In this document: piece after piece, positions 36,893 through 46,054 of the stretch | Layout: the number at the start of each line of letters is the position of its first letter | How positions within the stretch are numbered: the first letter of the stretch is position 1 | Assembly: GCA_002328865.1 (NCBI GenBank) | Contig: DCWO01000072.1 | Span: forward strand, 8,458-72,457 | Origin: Dehalococcoidia bacterium UBA2160 | Lineage (GTDB): Bacteria; Chloroflexota; Dehalococcoidia; Lucifugimonadales; UBA1123 | DNA: 64,000 nt | Direction of reading: 5' to 3' | Translations under genes and position numbers: made by a program | Notes under the pieces: model-generated | Database searches by the model: none | Told to the model about the DNA's origin: nothing | The model's input: only the letters and a program-made list of their open reading frames with translations

Positions 36893-38146
36893 ATGCCCAA
36901 CATCTCGAGGTCCCTCGCCCGCGTAATGCCCGACGCCTACATCGAATTGGCGGCGAGAGTAGGCGAGGCATGCGTCGGGCTCGGCGCGCGAGCGTACCTG
37001 GTTGGGGGTGTCGTACGGGACGTCCTGATGGGCCGGATCGAATTCGGCGATCTCGACATCATGGTGGCTGACGCCCCTCCGGACGCGATCAACGCCATCG
37101 CAAAGGGCATCGGCGGGACGGTGCTCAGGACGTCTCAATTCTCCACAGGACGCCTCGAATTCGATGGAGTCGACTTCGACCTGACCATTGCTCGCTCCGA
37201 GACATACCGCCGCCCGGGCGCTCTGCCGGACATAGCGCCCGGCTCACTGTCGGACGATCTGGCGCGGCGCGACTTCTCGATCAACGCGATGGCGGTCGAC
37301 CTCTCTCCGGACGCATGGGGTGACCTGATCGATCCCTACAACGGGCAGACCGACCTCGAGGATGCCGTCCTGCGAACCCTGCACGAACGCAGCTTCCATG
37401 ACGACGCCACGCGCATAATTCGGGCGGCGAGGTACGCGGCTCGGTTCGAGTTCGCTTTAGATGAGTCGTCACGCGAGCAACTCCGCGATGCGTTGGTGCA
37501 TCTGCGAGCCATCTCTCCCGCCCGGTTTCGAAACGACCTTCAACGAGCGTTCGACGAGCCTGACGCGCCAACGATCCTGGGTTTGTTGGACGAGTGGGGG
37601 GTGTTTGCCGAGTACCTGCCGGGCACGAAGTTCGAGCCCAAATGGTGGGAGGATTTGCCGGAGGAGCCCGATAGACGGCGACGGGTGGCCTTCGCGCTGT
37701 TCGCGATCTCCGGAATCGACGAGCCTCGTCCGAGTCTCGAAGCAAGATTGGCGCTCGACGCCGAGACGGCGGCCGTCGTTCGGTCTGCATTGGCGATGCA
37801 AGTCGAACTGCCCGATCTTGACGCCGACGGCTTGCGCCCCAGCGAGCTGGTGAAAGCCCTCGACCGGCATCACCCCGACGCCATCGCCGCCCACGCCATG
37901 GCGACGGACGGCGTCAACCTGAGCGCAAGGTTGAGTATTTACTTGGACACCTACCGTTGGGTTCGGCAATCGCTGGACGGCCACGAAGTAATCGCGATAG
38001 GCGTGCCTCAAGGCCCGTATGTCGGCCAGGTGCTGGCCCGGCTGCGAGACGCGCGCCTCGACGGAGAGTTGGACTCGCGAGAAGAGGAAGTTGCCCTCGT
38101 CAGACGGGCGGTTTCAGGGCAAGAGTTCTTCGACCCGGAGGTTTAG
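36893..38146 (+). CDS. CCA-adding enzyme / poly(A) polymerase-family tRNA nucleotidyltransferase
   Basis: YLVGGVVRDVLMGR....DLDI head-domain motif, RDFSINAMA, and the RIIRAARYAARF motif. Confidence 0.8.
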   Translation: MPNISRSLARVMPDAYIELAARVGEACVGLGARAYLVGGVVRDVLMGRIEFGDLDIMVADAPPDAINAIAKGIGGTVLRTSQFSTGRLEFDGVDFDLTIARSETYRRPGALPDIAPGSLSDDLARRDFSINAMAVDLSPDAWGDLIDPYNGQTDLEDAVLRTLHERSFHDDATRIIRAARYAARFEFALDESSREQLRDALVHLRAISPARFRNDLQRAFDEPDAPTILGLLDEWGVFAEYLPGTKFEPKWWEDLPEEPDRRRRVAFALFAISGIDEPRPSLEARLALDAETAAVVRSALAMQVELPDLDADGLRPSELVKALDRHHPDAIAAHAMATDGVNLSARLSIYLDTYRWVRQSLDGHEVIAIGVPQGPYVGQVLARLRDARLDGELDSREEEVALVRRAVSGQEFFDPEV

Positions 38147-39372
38147 GTTCCGTTCAGCGCACGGGTGAGCTCGAGCAGCGCATGGGTGACCGCTCTGGCT
38201 TTGATTCTCATCCGTCGAGCAGGGTAGCTGCCGGACCGGGTGGTGACGCTTCTGCCGATTGCAAATGCCATATGGGCGGAGTCGACGGCGCCGCTGGCAC
38301 GGGAGGGCTGGGTGACGAGGCCGGTGATGCCGACTCCGACTTCGGTTTTGAACAGATCCCTCGCGGCTTCGGCCATCGTCACGGCGGTCTCCGGTTCGGG
38401 ACTGGAAGAGGCCGCACGCTCGTCCGGATCGATGTCAGGGCTACCTGGAATCTGCCCGTCTGACGCGACCAAGCTGCCCCGGAAGACCTCGGCGCTGCCG
38501 GCCGCATCGGTAAGTGTGCTGGCAAACAGACCTCCGGTGAACCCTTCGATAACTCCCAACGTGCTGCCTGAGGTCTTGAGGGCCCCGATCGCCATCGTAG
38601 CGGCGGTCTCGTCGTCGACGCCCCACACGGCCTGGCCGACGATCTGGCGAATCTCGCTTTCCATCGGCTGAATCAGATCGTGAGCTTCCTTCGCGGAGCG
38701 AGCGGTGGCGATAGCTCGGAGATGGATCCCGTCTTCTTTGGAGTAGATGCCGAGAGTCGGATTAACGCTACGGAACAACGGCGACAGCATCTCGTCGAGT
38801 CCGCCTTCGGTTATTCCGAAGGTCTTCAGCGTGCGGGTTACGATGGCCACGTCGGGGTTCATTGACCTGATCATGGGGCCAACCTGGCTTGCCCACATGC
38901 CATACAGCTCGCGGGGCGGGCCGGGCATTGCGGCGATAACTCTGTCGTTCTTATGCACCCACCATCCGGGCGCCGTACCGAGAGGGTTCGGGATCGCGTC
39001 CGCGGACTCGATGAGCGTGGCTTGTTTGACGTTGGTCGCTGGCATCGGGAAGCCGCGACCCGCAAACTGGCTCTCGAGGTGTGCCAGGAGATCGTCTTGA
39101 ACCTCCATCTTTTCACCCATGGCTCGAGCGATGGACTCTCGAGTGAGGTCGTCGGAGGTCGGCCCCAGGCCGCCGGACGTGATCGTTACGTCCGATCGGC
39201 TCCAAGCCCTGTCTATCGCTTCAAACAGCCGCTCTGGGTCGTCGCCAACCTTGGTGACCCAGCGAACCTCGACGCCGATTTTCGCGAGCTCCGACGCCAG
39301 ATAGCCTGAGTTCGTGTCGACGATCTCGCCCATCAGAATCTCGGTCCCGATGGAAATCACTTCTGCGTGCAT
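38143..39372 (-). CDS. cinA: CinA family protein (MoCF-binding domain + nicotinamide-nucleotide amidohydrolase PncC domain)
   Basis: MHAEVISIGTEILMGEIVDTNSGYLA... and TSGGLGPTSDDLT motifs. 409 aa. Confidence 0.9.
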   Translation of the reverse strand: MHAEVISIGTEILMGEIVDTNSGYLASELAKIGVEVRWVTKVGDDPERLFEAIDRAWSRSDVTITSGGLGPTSDDLTRESIARAMGEKMEVQDDLLAHLESQFAGRGFPMPATNVKQATLIESADAIPNPLGTAPGWWVHKNDRVIAAMPGPPRELYGMWASQVGPMIRSMNPDVAIVTRTLKTFGITEGGLDEMLSPLFRSVNPTLGIYSKEDGIHLRAIATARSAKEAHDLIQPMESEIRQIVGQAVWGVDDETAATMAIGALKTSGSTLGVIEGFTGGLFASTLTDAAGSAEVFRGSLVASDGQIPGSPDIDPDERAASSSPEPETAVTMAEAARDLFKTEVGVGITGLVTQPSRASGAVDSAHMAFAIGRSVTTRSGSYPARRMRIKARAVTHALLELTRALNGT

Positions 39373-39534
39373 TGGGTCATCCTGCTGATGATCCGCCTCG
39401 GTCGCAGCGGAGTGCGCGGTTGAGGCGATGGGTGGGCAAGCAGACCCGCAATCGCGAAGGGTCGCTGAGTAGAACCGATCAGAGCCGCACGAATCGCCCG
39501 CCGAGGTCCCTGACGCGAGGTCGGGCGGATGAAA

Positions 39535-40572
39535 TCAACCTGACCCAGCGGAGGCGTCTTCGTCACTGAACGGGACGTTCTCGAACAAGTCGAACATGGC
39601 TTCGGTCCACTCCGCTTCCAGGCGGAGCACCGGCGTTGTGAATTGATCGGAAGCGGGCGCGGCAAAGTAGTAATTGCCGTCTGGAGTCTTGTCGCCAAGT
39701 TGGAAAAGTACGCCGTCGGTGAACGACGTGCCGCGCTCGGTTACGCCCAAAAATCTGATCTCGATAGATTGTCCCTCGAGTTCGATGCCCCACTCGCTGT
39801 AATCATCGCCTGACACTCTGGCGGTCTCGACCAGTATGTTCTGAGGCCCGACCATGAGATGCGAGTATTTCGCAAACTTGTCCGGATCGAGTTGGCGTGG
39901 CTTCACGTCCTCCGGCCTGCTGCGACCGAACCACTTGCCGTCTTCCTGCTGCAATGTCAGGTACTGGTTGCCCGCCGCGGCGGGATCACCCATGTAGAGG
40001 TTGACCTCTTCAATGGATTCCGGCGTTCGCGTTACGAACCACTCAGGTATGGGAGGATCGTTGGCTATGCGAGCCAGCACCTCACCCCAGGAATCGGCGA
40101 TCAGGAACAGTTGGGTGAAACCGGACACCTGGCCGTAGTTGAAATCGCCCTCGGGAGTGTCTGCGCCCAAACGAAACTCGATGGACCTGCCAGCGGTCAG
40201 GCCCACGTCGACAATCAATTTCGGAAAGTCGAGCCCGTACTCGGCAGGGTCTTCAATGATTGTGCGCACCTCGGAGATATCCCGCTTGGTCTTCGGTCCG
40301 CTCACCAAAAGGACTATCCCTCCCCAGCGGTTGTGATCCGGAGGTATGCCGTCCAGGTTGTCGAAGACCCAAATGCCTTCCTCGTTCATGTGGAAACTTT
40401 CGACGTTATCACCGGACGTGATCTTGATGGTGTTGATGTCGTCAAAGGACACCTGGTAGAACCAAGGCGGCTTGGCGACCAACTCCTCCTCGTCTTCGAA
40501 GGGGTTCACATACGCGACAACGCCAACGACCACGACACCCACAACAAGGACTAAGGTAGCTTTCCAATTCAT
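39535..40572 (-). CDS. DUF4340-like protein (last gene of the ABC/GldG operon)
   Basis: 345 aa with an N-terminal TM helix. Its position immediately after the GldG-like gene is the usual context of DUF4340. Confidence 0.6.
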   Translation of the reverse strand: MNWKATLVLVVGVVVVGVVAYVNPFEDEEELVAKPPWFYQVSFDDINTIKITSGDNVESFHMNEEGIWVFDNLDGIPPDHNRWGGIVLLVSGPKTKRDISEVRTIIEDPAEYGLDFPKLIVDVGLTAGRSIEFRLGADTPEGDFNYGQVSGFTQLFLIADSWGEVLARIANDPPIPEWFVTRTPESIEEVNLYMGDPAAAGNQYLTLQQEDGKWFGRSRPEDVKPRQLDPDKFAKYSHLMVGPQNILVETARVSGDDYSEWGIELEGQSIEIRFLGVTERGTSFTDGVLFQLGDKTPDGNYYFAAPASDQFTTPVLRLEAEWTEAMFDLFENVPFSDEDASAGSG

Positions 40573-40584
40573 GCGAACACCTGC

Positions 40585-42318
40585 CTACCTCCGCCTCCAC
40601 CACACGAAGACGCCGAGGAAGAGCATTATCACCGGCGGCACCAACCAACTGGACCACTTAATGAAATTACGTTCGCGCTGATTGACGACGAGCTCCCTGA
40701 AAGGGACCAATTTCGGTCTCACCGCGATGAGATCGAAATCTTCCGCCAACCAGTTGACAGAGTTCAACAGCAGGTCGGCATTCTCGCTGCTGAAGAAGAA
40801 ACCGTTGCGCGCGAAATCGGCATCGCCGAACACCACCAGCTTGGCCAGTGAATCAGGGTTGGTGACAACCTGCCCGTCCAGTGTGCCGCCGGCCTGCACA
40901 ACCACGGCCAGATCGAGCGGTCCGCCGAGATCGATGTCTGAGTCGAACTCGACTTCGTCCGGGTCCGTCTCCAACCAACTGGCCGGAGTCGAAGCCGCCA
41001 GCCCATTGTAGATTATGAATGGCGGAAGGTCTTCGATCGGAACCGCGAGGGTCAAGGCAGTCACGCCAGGGAAAAAGGCCACGTTGACCTGGTCGGCGAT
41101 CGGGATTCCCGAAATGCCGCTCGTCGTGAACTGAAGGTTCGACTTCTGGACCATAGGGGTCAATTGCTCACCGGCGACGTTGCTCACGATGTCGGCGACG
41201 CTCTCAGTGAATATCTGGATGCCCCATCGGATCAGGAATTGCCGATAGGTGTCGGGCGCTCCGGTGTCCAGCAGCGCTATCAGCTTACCGCCGTCGAGCA
41301 TATACTGCATGATGGCGTCGAGTTCTGCGATTGACAGGTCCTGGTCCGGCCCCGCGATTACCAGGACTGCCGCGTCGGCCGGGACCGCAAGGTCTTGCCT
41401 CAAGTTGAGCGGCCAAACCTGGTAGTTGTCTCGCAACAGCCCCTCACGAGCAAAGTCGAACCCATTGGGATCGATTTCGCCGGTTGCTGGGTCTCGCGTC
41501 AGAAACGCCTCCCCATGCCCTGTAAGGAAGTACACTCTTTTTTGTTGGATGCCGGTCGCGACGAGCAGTCCGGTCAAAAAGTCCTGCTCGGTGTAGTTGA
41601 AGACGCCCTCTTGGTTGCCGGTCTCGACGTCCTCGAAAACAATCGTCGGGTAATTCACTACGCCGTATTGCAGCGCCCGCTCTCGTTCGAGTTGCGGGTC
41701 GACGAACCGATACGTGAAGTTCGAGCTTCGCCGATGGAACTCGTTGAGCAGGTCTTCAGCCTGCTGCAGCGCGAAAGCATTTTGCGGGTCGTTCGGAACG
41801 AAGAATGCATTGGCCCTGACGGGAGAGGACAGCCGGTCGAGGATCTGTTCGGTTTGCGGGGACAACGAGAACACCCTGGTGGACGTGAGATCGATTCGGG
41901 TCGAATCTCGGAAGAACTGGAAGTTCACCAACATGGCGATGCCCAGAAAAGCGAGTGTCATCACGATGGCGTTGACGCCGTAACGGCCTCGCCTTCCGAC
42001 CATGAATATGGCCACGGCCCTCGGCGAGAGCACAAGCGCCACGAACAACAGCACCAGGCCAATGATCAACACCGTAAGCGCGAAACCGCGAATCTCGTCG
42101 ATGGTGAGGACCAATATGATCCCCGCCACGCTCGCGACAAGACCGACGACCGCGCTGATGGCGCTCCAGAATCCTGCCGACGCGGCTGACGTCTTCAGGG
42201 TGTCTTGGATTACGTCTCTGTTCGAGGGTTGTCCGGTCAACTCATCGCCACCTTCGGGTTTCCATGGACCTGATCGTGAAGAATATGAACACTGCCGCAA
42301 TCGAAACAAAATAGACAA
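40585..42318 (-). CDS. GldG-like ABC-transport auxiliary protein
   Basis: 577 aa with N- and C-terminal TM segments flanking a large extracytoplasmic domain. The start is uncertain: ATG 42318 overlaps the permease by 77 nt, and a TTG near 42237 is an alternative. Confidence 0.7.
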   Translation of the reverse strand: MSILFRLRQCSYSSRSGPWKPEGGDELTGQPSNRDVIQDTLKTSAASAGFWSAISAVVGLVASVAGIILVLTIDEIRGFALTVLIIGLVLLFVALVLSPRAVAIFMVGRRGRYGVNAIVMTLAFLGIAMLVNFQFFRDSTRIDLTSTRVFSLSPQTEQILDRLSSPVRANAFFVPNDPQNAFALQQAEDLLNEFHRRSSNFTYRFVDPQLERERALQYGVVNYPTIVFEDVETGNQEGVFNYTEQDFLTGLLVATGIQQKRVYFLTGHGEAFLTRDPATGEIDPNGFDFAREGLLRDNYQVWPLNLRQDLAVPADAAVLVIAGPDQDLSIAELDAIMQYMLDGGKLIALLDTGAPDTYRQFLIRWGIQIFTESVADIVSNVAGEQLTPMVQKSNLQFTTSGISGIPIADQVNVAFFPGVTALTLAVPIEDLPPFIIYNGLAASTPASWLETDPDEVEFDSDIDLGGPLDLAVVVQAGGTLDGQVVTNPDSLAKLVVFGDADFARNGFFFSSENADLLLNSVNWLAEDFDLIAVRPKLVPFRELVVNQRERNFIKWSSWLVPPVIMLFLGVFVWWRRR

Positions 42319-42952
42319 CGTCCGCCGTGTCGATTACGCCCCTCGTGAAATCCTCCACATGTTCGCTCATCGACATTCCGGAGAATACGAGCGCAGCCGT
42401 GCCTGTCACGATGTCGCTTATGCGGTCCACGAAGGACAAAACCAGCAAGATCGCGGATCCAACCACGGCCGCTACAATCTGGTTGCTGGATAGGGACGAG
42501 CCAAATAGGCCGATAGCCAACGCCGCCGCCCCGTGCAACAGCAGGCCAAGGTACGAAGTGAACAGGGGACCGGTGTCGGGCTGCCCGAAGACATACAACA
42601 GCAGCACGTAATACAAGGTCAGCGCGATTGTCATCAAGAAGATCAGATAGCTGGCAATGTACTTTCCGATTACTACTTCCCAGTCGCGGACCGGGGAGGT
42701 TACCAGCAGCTCTAGCGTGCCCAGTTTTTGCTCCTCCGCCAACAACCGCATGGTGAGGATCGGCGCCAGGAAGACTATGAAGAAGCTGGCCCAATCGATG
42801 ATTCCCCGTACGCTCGCCTCAGCGAACGGCGCAGTGACGTCGAAGACAAAGAAGATGCCGGTCAGAGACAGGAACATAGCGCCCACCACGTAGGCGCCAG
42901 GCGTAGAGAAGTAGATCTTGCTCTCTTTGTAGGCGACCGTAAAGGTGTTCAT
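42242..42952 (-). CDS. ABC-2 type transporter permease (GldF-like)
   Basis: 236 aa with six hydrophobic segments. An ATGA start/stop overlap with the ATPase gene lies at 42949-42952. Confidence 0.8.
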   Translation of the reverse strand: MNTFTVAYKESKIYFSTPGAYVVGAMFLSLTGIFFVFDVTAPFAEASVRGIIDWASFFIVFLAPILTMRLLAEEQKLGTLELLVTSPVRDWEVVIGKYIASYLIFLMTIALTLYYVLLLYVFGQPDTGPLFTSYLGLLLHGAAALAIGLFGSSLSSNQIVAAVVGSAILLVLSFVDRISDIVTGTAALVFSGMSMSEHVEDFTRGVIDTADVVYFVSIAAVFIFFTIRSMETRRWR

Positions 42953-43899
42953 TCGATCTCAATGCCTTCGTCGGTTGTCAGCCGCAGGAAGATCTCTTCC
43001 AGCGACATTATCACGCCTTCCAAACCGAGCAGGTCCCAACCGGATTTTACGACCGTCGAGGCCAACGCCGCCCTAATCTCGACGCCTAATTCGGACTGGA
43101 CCCTGTAAGTCGGGACCTGTCCGGCTTCACCCGATACGCGGTCTACGGTCTGGACGCCCTCTACATCGCCCAGGGCTTTCATGACGTCCTGTTGCGGGCC
43201 TTTGACCTCGATGTCGACGCGCTCGCGACCTACAAGACGCTGAGCCAGGTTCTCGGGGCTGTCGACCGCGATGATCTGGCCTTCGTGAATGATGATCACG
43301 CGTTCGCAGATCTGGCTGACCTCGGGCAGGATGTGGGTGCTCAGAATGAGGGTCTGGTTTCCGCCAAGGTCTTTGATGAGTTGACGGGTCTCGACGACCT
43401 GAATCGGATCGATTCCGATTGTCGGCTCATCCAGGACTAGCACATCGGGTTCATGCAATATCGCCTGGGCAATGCCAACGCGCTGCTTGAACCCCTTGGA
43501 CAGTTTGCCGATGATCGTGGTGTAGTAGTCCTCCAGATGGCATAGATCCACCACATCGTCGATGCGAGAGGCGATGCGGCCTCCCGTCATTCCTCTCAAC
43601 TTTCCCATGAAACTGAGGTACTCTTTGACATTCATCTCCGAGTACAGAGGGACGGTCTCGGGAAGGTATCCGATATGACGGCGAGCTTCCAACGATTCGG
43701 TGACGATGTCGTATCCCGCGATCGTCACCTCACCTGACGTGGGCGGAATGAAACCCGTGATGATCTTCATCGTGGTCGTCTTGCCCGCGCCGTTGGGGCC
43801 CAGAAAACCGAGCACCTCTCCCGCTTCGACGCGGAAGTTGATGTCCGTTATCGCCGGGTAGTTCCCGTACATCTTGCTGACGTTGTTGACTTCAATCAT
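42949..43899 (-). CDS. ABC transporter ATP-binding protein (GldA-like)
   Basis: Walker A GPNGAGKTT, signature LSKGFKQR, Walker B VLVLDEP. Start preferred at MIEVNNVSKMYG. Confidence 0.9.
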   Translation of the reverse strand: MIEVNNVSKMYGNYPAITDINFRVEAGEVLGFLGPNGAGKTTTMKIITGFIPPTSGEVTIAGYDIVTESLEARRHIGYLPETVPLYSEMNVKEYLSFMGKLRGMTGGRIASRIDDVVDLCHLEDYYTTIIGKLSKGFKQRVGIAQAILHEPDVLVLDEPTIGIDPIQVVETRQLIKDLGGNQTLILSTHILPEVSQICERVIIIHEGQIIAVDSPENLAQRLVGRERVDIEVKGPQQDVMKALGDVEGVQTVDRVSGEAGQVPTYRVQSELGVEIRAALASTVVKSGWDLLGLEGVIMSLEEIFLRLTTDEGIEIE

Positions 43900-44301
43900 C
43901 CCGATTTCCTGTCCGATCGCCGAGTGGGCGTTCAACGGCGCTGAAACACTTTCTTCCGTGAAGGCTACCAACTATGTACGTTCAAATTGACTGATGAGAT
44001 TTCTCGACGACACTTCGCAGTCAACCGGCCGGGTCGAATCCCATTCGTTCCGTTCGAACTCCGCAATCACGCAGACCAGCAGGCCGTGGGCGGATGCCCA
44101 CCGCAAACCTTAGGGATTCTAAACCATCTAGCCAAAGCCGTTCAAGGCTTCAACGAATCTTCAATCGCAGAACCTGCGTACGATCCGTTCCAAATCACCT
44201 CGATTGATACATGGGCGTATAATGGGGTCGGTGCCCCAGGTTGTGACAAATGGGCGACCGCCAGAACCCGGTTATTCGCGGTCGGGTATGAGGCAGAAGT
44301 G

Positions 44302-45684
44302 ATGACGACGGGTTTCAGATCCATCCCTCCGGTGAACGAACTCCTTGCCGATGACAGGGTGGCGCAGCTCGTTTTGCGGCATTCGAGAGATGCCGTAGTG
44401 GACCTTGTCCGGCGGCGTCTGGACGTTGTCAGAACCACCATCGCGGGAGGCGCTCCGGCGCCGGATATCGACAGCATTGTCGACGGTATCGAGCGCGAGT
44501 GCGAAGAGCGATGGCGGCCTTGGCCATCGCGTGTCATCAATGCAACCGGGGTTATTCTGCACACCAACCTGGGACGCGCCCCGTTGAGCGACGACGCCGT
44601 CCGCGCCATGGAGAGGGCGGCAGTCAGCTACGGAGATCTGGAGTACGACCTGGCGTCCGGCAAACGCGGTTCCCGCCAGGAGCACGTATCGCGTCTGGTG
44701 TGCGAGGCGACCGGCGCGGAAGCGGCCATGGTCGTCAACAACAATGCCTCCGCCGTCATGCTCGGCCTGGCCGCGCTCGCGACCGATCGAGGGGTCATAA
44801 TCTCCCGTGGCGAGGCCGTCGAGATCGGCGGCGGATTCCGGATTCCCGACGTGTTGAAGCAAAGCGGCGCTGACCTGGTCGAGGTCGGCACGACGAACCG
44901 CACTTACGCCGGCGACTACGAAGCGGCAATTACGGACCGCACTGGCGCGATTCTGGCCGTCCATGCATCGAATTTCAAAGTGGTTGGGTTTACTCACTCA
45001 CCGACCATCGAGGAGTTGGTCGACGTCGGTCGCCGCCGCAACGTCCCGGTGTTGCACGACCTCGGATCCGGGTGCCTGCTTCCGACCGCCCGCTACGGCC
45101 TTGCGCCTGAGCCGATGCCGCAGGACAGCATGCGAGCCGGCATCGACCTGGGATTCTTCTCCGGCGACAAGCTGCTCGGAGGGCCGCAGGCCGGTGTAAT
45201 CATAGGCAGTCGCGAATCGGTCGCCATAGTATCACGCCACCCGCTTGCCAGGGCAATGCGGATCGACAAGATCAACATGGCGGCGCTGGCTGCCACGCTG
45301 TTGCACTATATCCGCGGCGAGGCTGAGACGACGGTTCCCATCTGGAAGATGATCTCGATGTCGTCTGACGCGATCAAGCAAAAGGCATCGCTCTGGGCGG
45401 ATGCCGCGGGCGGCGGTGCGACCATATTGGAGTCCGCGTCGGCCATCGGCGGAGGGAGCCTGCCGGGCGAGACCCTTCCGACCTGGGTCGTCAGCCTTCC
45501 GACCGAGCAGGCGAAAACTGGCGCCGAAGGTGTTGCGCGCGGGCTTCGGGAGAGTACGCCGCCGGTAATCGCTCGCATCGAGGAAGACAGAGTCCTTGTC
45601 GACCCGAGAACGGTCCTATCCGATGACGAGCCTGCGTTGTTGGAAGCACTAAAGCGAGTTGTTGGGGCAGAGGGCAGCGGATGA
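44302..45684 (+). CDS. selA: L-seryl-tRNA(Sec) selenium transferase
   Basis: MTTGFRSIPPVNELL N-terminus, VINATGVILHTNLGRAPL, and the PLP-lysine motif FSGDKLLGGPQAG. The 105-codon upstream extension in the track shows no SelA-like sequence. Confidence 0.9.
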   Translation: MTTGFRSIPPVNELLADDRVAQLVLRHSRDAVVDLVRRRLDVVRTTIAGGAPAPDIDSIVDGIERECEERWRPWPSRVINATGVILHTNLGRAPLSDDAVRAMERAAVSYGDLEYDLASGKRGSRQEHVSRLVCEATGAEAAMVVNNNASAVMLGLAALATDRGVIISRGEAVEIGGGFRIPDVLKQSGADLVEVGTTNRTYAGDYEAAITDRTGAILAVHASNFKVVGFTHSPTIEELVDVGRRRNVPVLHDLGSGCLLPTARYGLAPEPMPQDSMRAGIDLGFFSGDKLLGGPQAGVIIGSRESVAIVSRHPLARAMRIDKINMAALAATLLHYIRGEAETTVPIWKMISMSSDAIKQKASLWADAAGGGATILESASAIGGGSLPGETLPTWVVSLPTEQAKTGAEGVARGLRESTPPVIARIEEDRVLVDPRTVLSDDEPALLEALKRVVGAEGSG

Positions 45685-45977
45685 CCTCTAACCGTCGTCA
45701 AGACCAACCGTCGCGGCTGATGAAGCAAGCGAACCTGCCCACCGAGGTCCACCTCCGACAGATGAAAGTGAGGGCGGCTCTCGACAAGCTCGACCGGTAT
45801 CTGAATGACGCTGCTGTGGCCGGCTTCCCTCGGGTACGGGTCGTGCATGGAAAAGGCACTGGGACGATGAAAAGAGCGGTCGCCGAATTCTTGGCTGGTC
45901 ATCCACTTGTGGCCCGGCAATATCCCGCGAGCCCGTCCGAAGGCAACGGCGGCGTCACGATCGCGGAACTGGCGTAG
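45681..45977 (+). CDS. Smr/MutS2-C domain protein
   Basis: 98 aa. LDKLDRYLNDAAVAGFPRVRVVHGKGTGTMKRAV is the Smr motif. An ATGA overlap links it to the selA stop. Confidence 0.8.
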   Translation: MTSNRRQDQPSRLMKQANLPTEVHLRQMKVRAALDKLDRYLNDAAVAGFPRVRVVHGKGTGTMKRAVAEFLAGHPLVARQYPASPSEGNGGVTIAELA

Positions 45978-46054
45978 ACTGCCGTCAATCCGCGGTCGCG
46001 GACCAAAATCGACCGCCGGCGGCGCGCTGGCACATAGCTGCCTCAGGATCGACA

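Noticed and set aside
44020-44075. T-loop-like strings (gggtcgaatccc, ccgttcgaactcc) that might be tRNA-Sec next to selA
   Set aside because: The flanking bases do not form T-stems, acceptor stems or an anticodon arm with UCA on either strand, so there is no cloverleaf.
43987-44301. 105-codon N-terminal extension of the SelA ORF
   Set aside because: The SelA-like sequence begins at MTTGFRSIPPVNELL (44302). The extension has no SelA similarity and lies in the divergent promoter region.
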